Below are positions 60,770 through 64,000 of a DNA stretch of 64,000 bases, piece by piece; the first letter of the stretch is position 1, and every line of letters begins with the position of its first letter. The translations under genes were made by a program, and so were the position numbers. Origin of the DNA: Callorhinchus milii (taxonomy: Eukaryota); assembly GCF_018977255.1 (NCBI RefSeq), contig NW_024704751.1, forward strand, positions 11,470,001 through 11,534,000. Reading direction: 5' to 3'. The notes under the pieces are model-generated. The model was not told where the DNA came from. It ran no database searches and saw nothing but the letters and a program-made list of their open reading frames with translations.

Positions 60770-61951
60770 AGCACAGCTCTACTGAATACGACAGGCCGAC
60801 TATAAAACATTTAAACAGTTAAAGGATCAGTAAGTGTAATTCTGCCAGTCAAATAAAACCTTCAGAAACTATGCTGTTATCAGAGGTACCTAATGTGTAA
60901 GGAATGATTGCAGAATTATTTTATACCAATTTACAGCAAAAAAACTATGAAATATTATATATACATAGAGAGCAATTGACTGTAGTGCTTATTACTGATG
61001 GTGTGTGATGTACAGAAGGTTATTATTCTATTGAGGCTACTAATTACATTGCAGTTAGTTCTGGTGCTGGAGTCTGTTGTACAGATAAAAGTCAGATAAA
61101 TTGTTTTTATGGCGTTTCACTTGTTTGCAATAGAAGGACGATGCCAGTGTTTATTACTGTATTCATTAAATACAAGCACTTGTTTATCAAAGGCGTCTTT
61201 GTACATTGCACATCGCCATGAGAACCATCCTGTCTGCACACAAATCACACACGGTGATGTTTCTGAACTGTTCCTTCTTATTACGAAATACACACACACA
61301 CACACACAGGTCTCCAGTTGCTGAGGGGAGAACCTTCAGTAAAGTATATTTAGTACACGAGAGGATTGGCTGATAAGAGCATAACATTCCTGCAAGAACA
61401 CAGCCCAGATTCAACATCCCCAAAGCACTGGATTCATAAGCCCTTGAGGGTCTCAATGGCTTCTAAGAGCGTGAGCTTTATTATTATGCTTTTGATCCAA
61501 TGATTACAATGAAGTGGTAGATCTGAGCGACATGCTCAGGCTATTGAAAAGCACTTGGAGATCGAGGTGGAAAGTATAATAGTCATCCAAACCTTTCCAA
61601 CCTTTCTATTAAATGGGGGCGTAGTGAAGAGATGCCTTGTTTAGCTATCGGTGTAAAGAAGATCCGTCGATCAGGGCAATGAATTAGAAACCTCCATTGT
61701 GTTGTTCCCCCCACACACACACCCACCGCCCACCCACCCACAGACACCCACCCAAACGCATACAGACACTAGCAGAAGTTACTGCCTCCAGTTCCAACCT
61801 CAGCGACAGTATAGAGATGCTTCCTGATAGACAGAAACAGTGACCCAGGCTGCAATTGTATTTCCTTGTGGGAAGCCTTTGATAGAGGCTGTTTTCCTCA
61901 GAAAATGTTGCCTATAAAATCTAATCTGAAATATGCAGGACTATGGGGTAA

Positions 61952-62424
61952 GAGCAGGGGAGTGGGACTAGTTGGGGTGAGAGCGGGGGAGTGGGACTAG
62001 TTGGGGTGAGAGTGTGGGGGAGTGGGACTAGTTGGGGTGAGAGTGTGGGGGAGTGGGACTAGTTGGGGTGAGAGTGTGGGGGAGTGGGACTAGTTGGGGT
62101 GAGAGTGTGGGGGAGTGGGACTAGTTGGGTGAGAGTGTGGGGGAGTGGGACTAGGGGTGAGAGTGTGGGGGAGTGGGACTAGTTGGGGTGAGCGCGGGGG
62201 AGTGGGACTAGTTGGGGTGAGAGTGTGCGGGAGTGGGACTAGTTGGGGTGAGAGTGGGGGAGTGGGACTAGTTGGGGTGAGTGTGGGGGAATGGGACTAG
62301 TTGGGGTGAGAGTGGGGGAGTGGGACTAGTTGGGGTGAGAGTGTGGGGGAGTGGGACTAGTTGGGGTGAGAGTGGGGGAGTGGGACTAGTTGGGGTGAGA
62401 GTGTGGGGGAGTGGGACTAGTTGG
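61952..62424. repeat. ~31-bp G-rich minisatellite, about 16 copies, embedded in a CR1 3' end
   Basis: Unit gagtgtgggggagtgggactagttggggtga. Flanks ggactatggggtaagagcagggg and gggccgaatggcctccttctg...attctaagattc resemble a CR1 3' tail. Confidence 0.9.
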
Positions 62425-62799
62425 TTGCTCTTTCAAAAATCTGGCACAGTTACGATGGGCCGAATGGCCTCCTTCTGCGCTGTAAGATTCTAAGATTCCA
62501 TGATTTACTGCGTGTGATGGTGCTTTCAGTTAAGAGGTGGAATTTTATAATGTGTATGAATTTTGCAAATAAATGATTATTTCTTCTGTAATAATAACAT
62601 GTCATTGTTGTCCTCTTTTAATTCGGATTAAAACAGCTTGTTTTTTTCCGAAAAGAATACATACTCTGTTCGACTGTCAGGCAAGGAAGGCAGCAAGAGA
62701 CAATAAATCAATAGATATTTGATAAAAATGAACCATCCAATCTGCATACCAACACCTCATTGTACAAGTCATTGGTTAGTGACCGCAAGTGGTGAACTG

Positions 62800-63090
62800 C
62801 GTTCAGTGTTGGGCAACTCATCTCAGGAGGGTGTTAAGGCCTTGGAGGGGGTGCGGAGAAGGTTCACGGGAATGATAGCAGGGACGAGTGATGATAATTA
62901 TGAGGGGAGATTAGAGAAGTTGGAGCAGAGACGGTTGAGAAGAGGAGTGGGTGGGGGGGGACCTGACGCAGATGCACAAAGTTAGGATGGGGAGAGAGAG
63001 ACGGCGAGAGAGAAACTCTTTCCACTGGTGGGAGAGTCAGGAACGAGAGGACGTCGATTTAAGAAAGCTTCGTGAAGAGTGAGAGGAGTG
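62800..63090 (+). mobile_element. Degenerate CR1 ORF2 C-terminal fragment
   Basis: ALEGVRRRFTGMI..YEGRLEKL..EQRRLR motif. Confidence 0.7.
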
Positions 63091-63354
63091 CTTCTGAGAA
63101 AGTTTGTTTTATTTTCTCTCCTCAACTCCCCCCCCCCACCCCCACAGCTCTCCCCCTCGACTCCAGTGCCTACAGAGTGTTGTCGAGCATTTTGGGCTGT
63201 CTTCCCCACGCGAGCGGCGCCGTTCAGGTGCAAATTGTATTGTAATGTACATTTCTACGATTCTGTCAACGGTGTAAGTAAATAATAGTAAACGCCTGAT
63301 AACTCAACCCTGGCTCAACTTGCCACTGCCACTTAAGTTACCAGTTGCTGCTAT

Positions 63355-63545
63355 AATAATAAAATAATAATAATAATAATCCTTGCATTTGATATAGCGC
63401 TTTTCACGTCGGGAGGACGTCCCAAAGCGCTTCACAGAACACACTGTAAAGTGAATTGACTGTATATTTGTGGGCGAACGCGGCAGCCAATTGCGCACAG
63501 CAATGTCCCACAAACAGTCGTAGATTGAAAATGACCAATTTTTAT
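63355..63545 (-). mobile_element. SINE 3' half, almost identical to 20070-20248
   Basis: Direct comparison of the two copies. Confidence 0.85.
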
Positions 63546-63619
63546 TATTGCTGCTGTCAGTATCCTGGCCGCACTTATCTGTGTGTTTATTCACATGGCT
63601 TAACTCACCGCTCCTGATA

Positions 63620-64000
63620 ACTGGTCACTGGGCACCTCCTCAGTGTCCCTGTGGTGACATCATCCGCAGACATGGGGTTCACTTCCACATATATGCGGAT
63701 GACACCCAACTCTACCTTTCCTCCTCTACCCTCAACTCCACGACCCCCGATGTCCTGACAGCTGTCTGTCCGACATCGAGTCCTGGACGAGAGACAACTT
63801 TCTTCAGCTCAACGTGCGCAAAACTGAGGCCCTCCTGATTGGCTCACGTCAGCGCCTCCGCACCTCAGGCACTGACAGCATCAGCTCCGCACACTCCACC
63901 TCTCAAAGCCATCAGGAACCTCGGGGTTCTGTCCGACCCTGAGCTGTCCTTTCTCCCTCATATCCGCTCCACAACGGGCACCGCCTTCCATCACCTCCGG
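63620..64000 (+). mobile_element. L2 LINE reverse transcriptase fragment (runs off the window)
   Basis: GDIIRRHGVHFHIYADDTQLYLS catalytic motif, followed by LNV.KTE and RNLGVL.D-like motifs in a shifted frame. Confidence 0.9.

Overview
Eukaryotic vertebrate DNA, most likely a cartilaginous fish. The tRNA/DeuSINE-type SINEs with L2-like tails and the CR1 fragments resemble elephant-shark repeats, but the species is an inference. Six spliced protein-coding genes were reconstructed by hand with GT-AG introns and continuous frames: an HMBOX1-like homeobox gene (-), a ZNF706-like gene (+), a beta/zeta/theta-group 14-3-3 gene (+), PEF1 (+), a B7-family IgV-IgC-TM gene (-) and FBXO39 (+). They sit among many SINE/L2/CR1 fragments, several minisatellites and one 410-bp assembly gap. 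There is no prokaryotic system or CRISPR array. Most notable: (1) the HMBOX1-like/ZNF706-like/14-3-3 trio looks like a paralogous (ohnolog) block rather than the mammalian orthologues; (2) the B7-like IgC domain has both canonical cysteines replaced by Phe; (3) the first introns of two adjacent genes are built from tandem copies of their own splice donors; (4) promoters carry tandemly amplified transcription-factor motifs; (5) FBXO39 appears to have an extra intron. Comparisons with human or teleost proteins are from memory, not from database searches.
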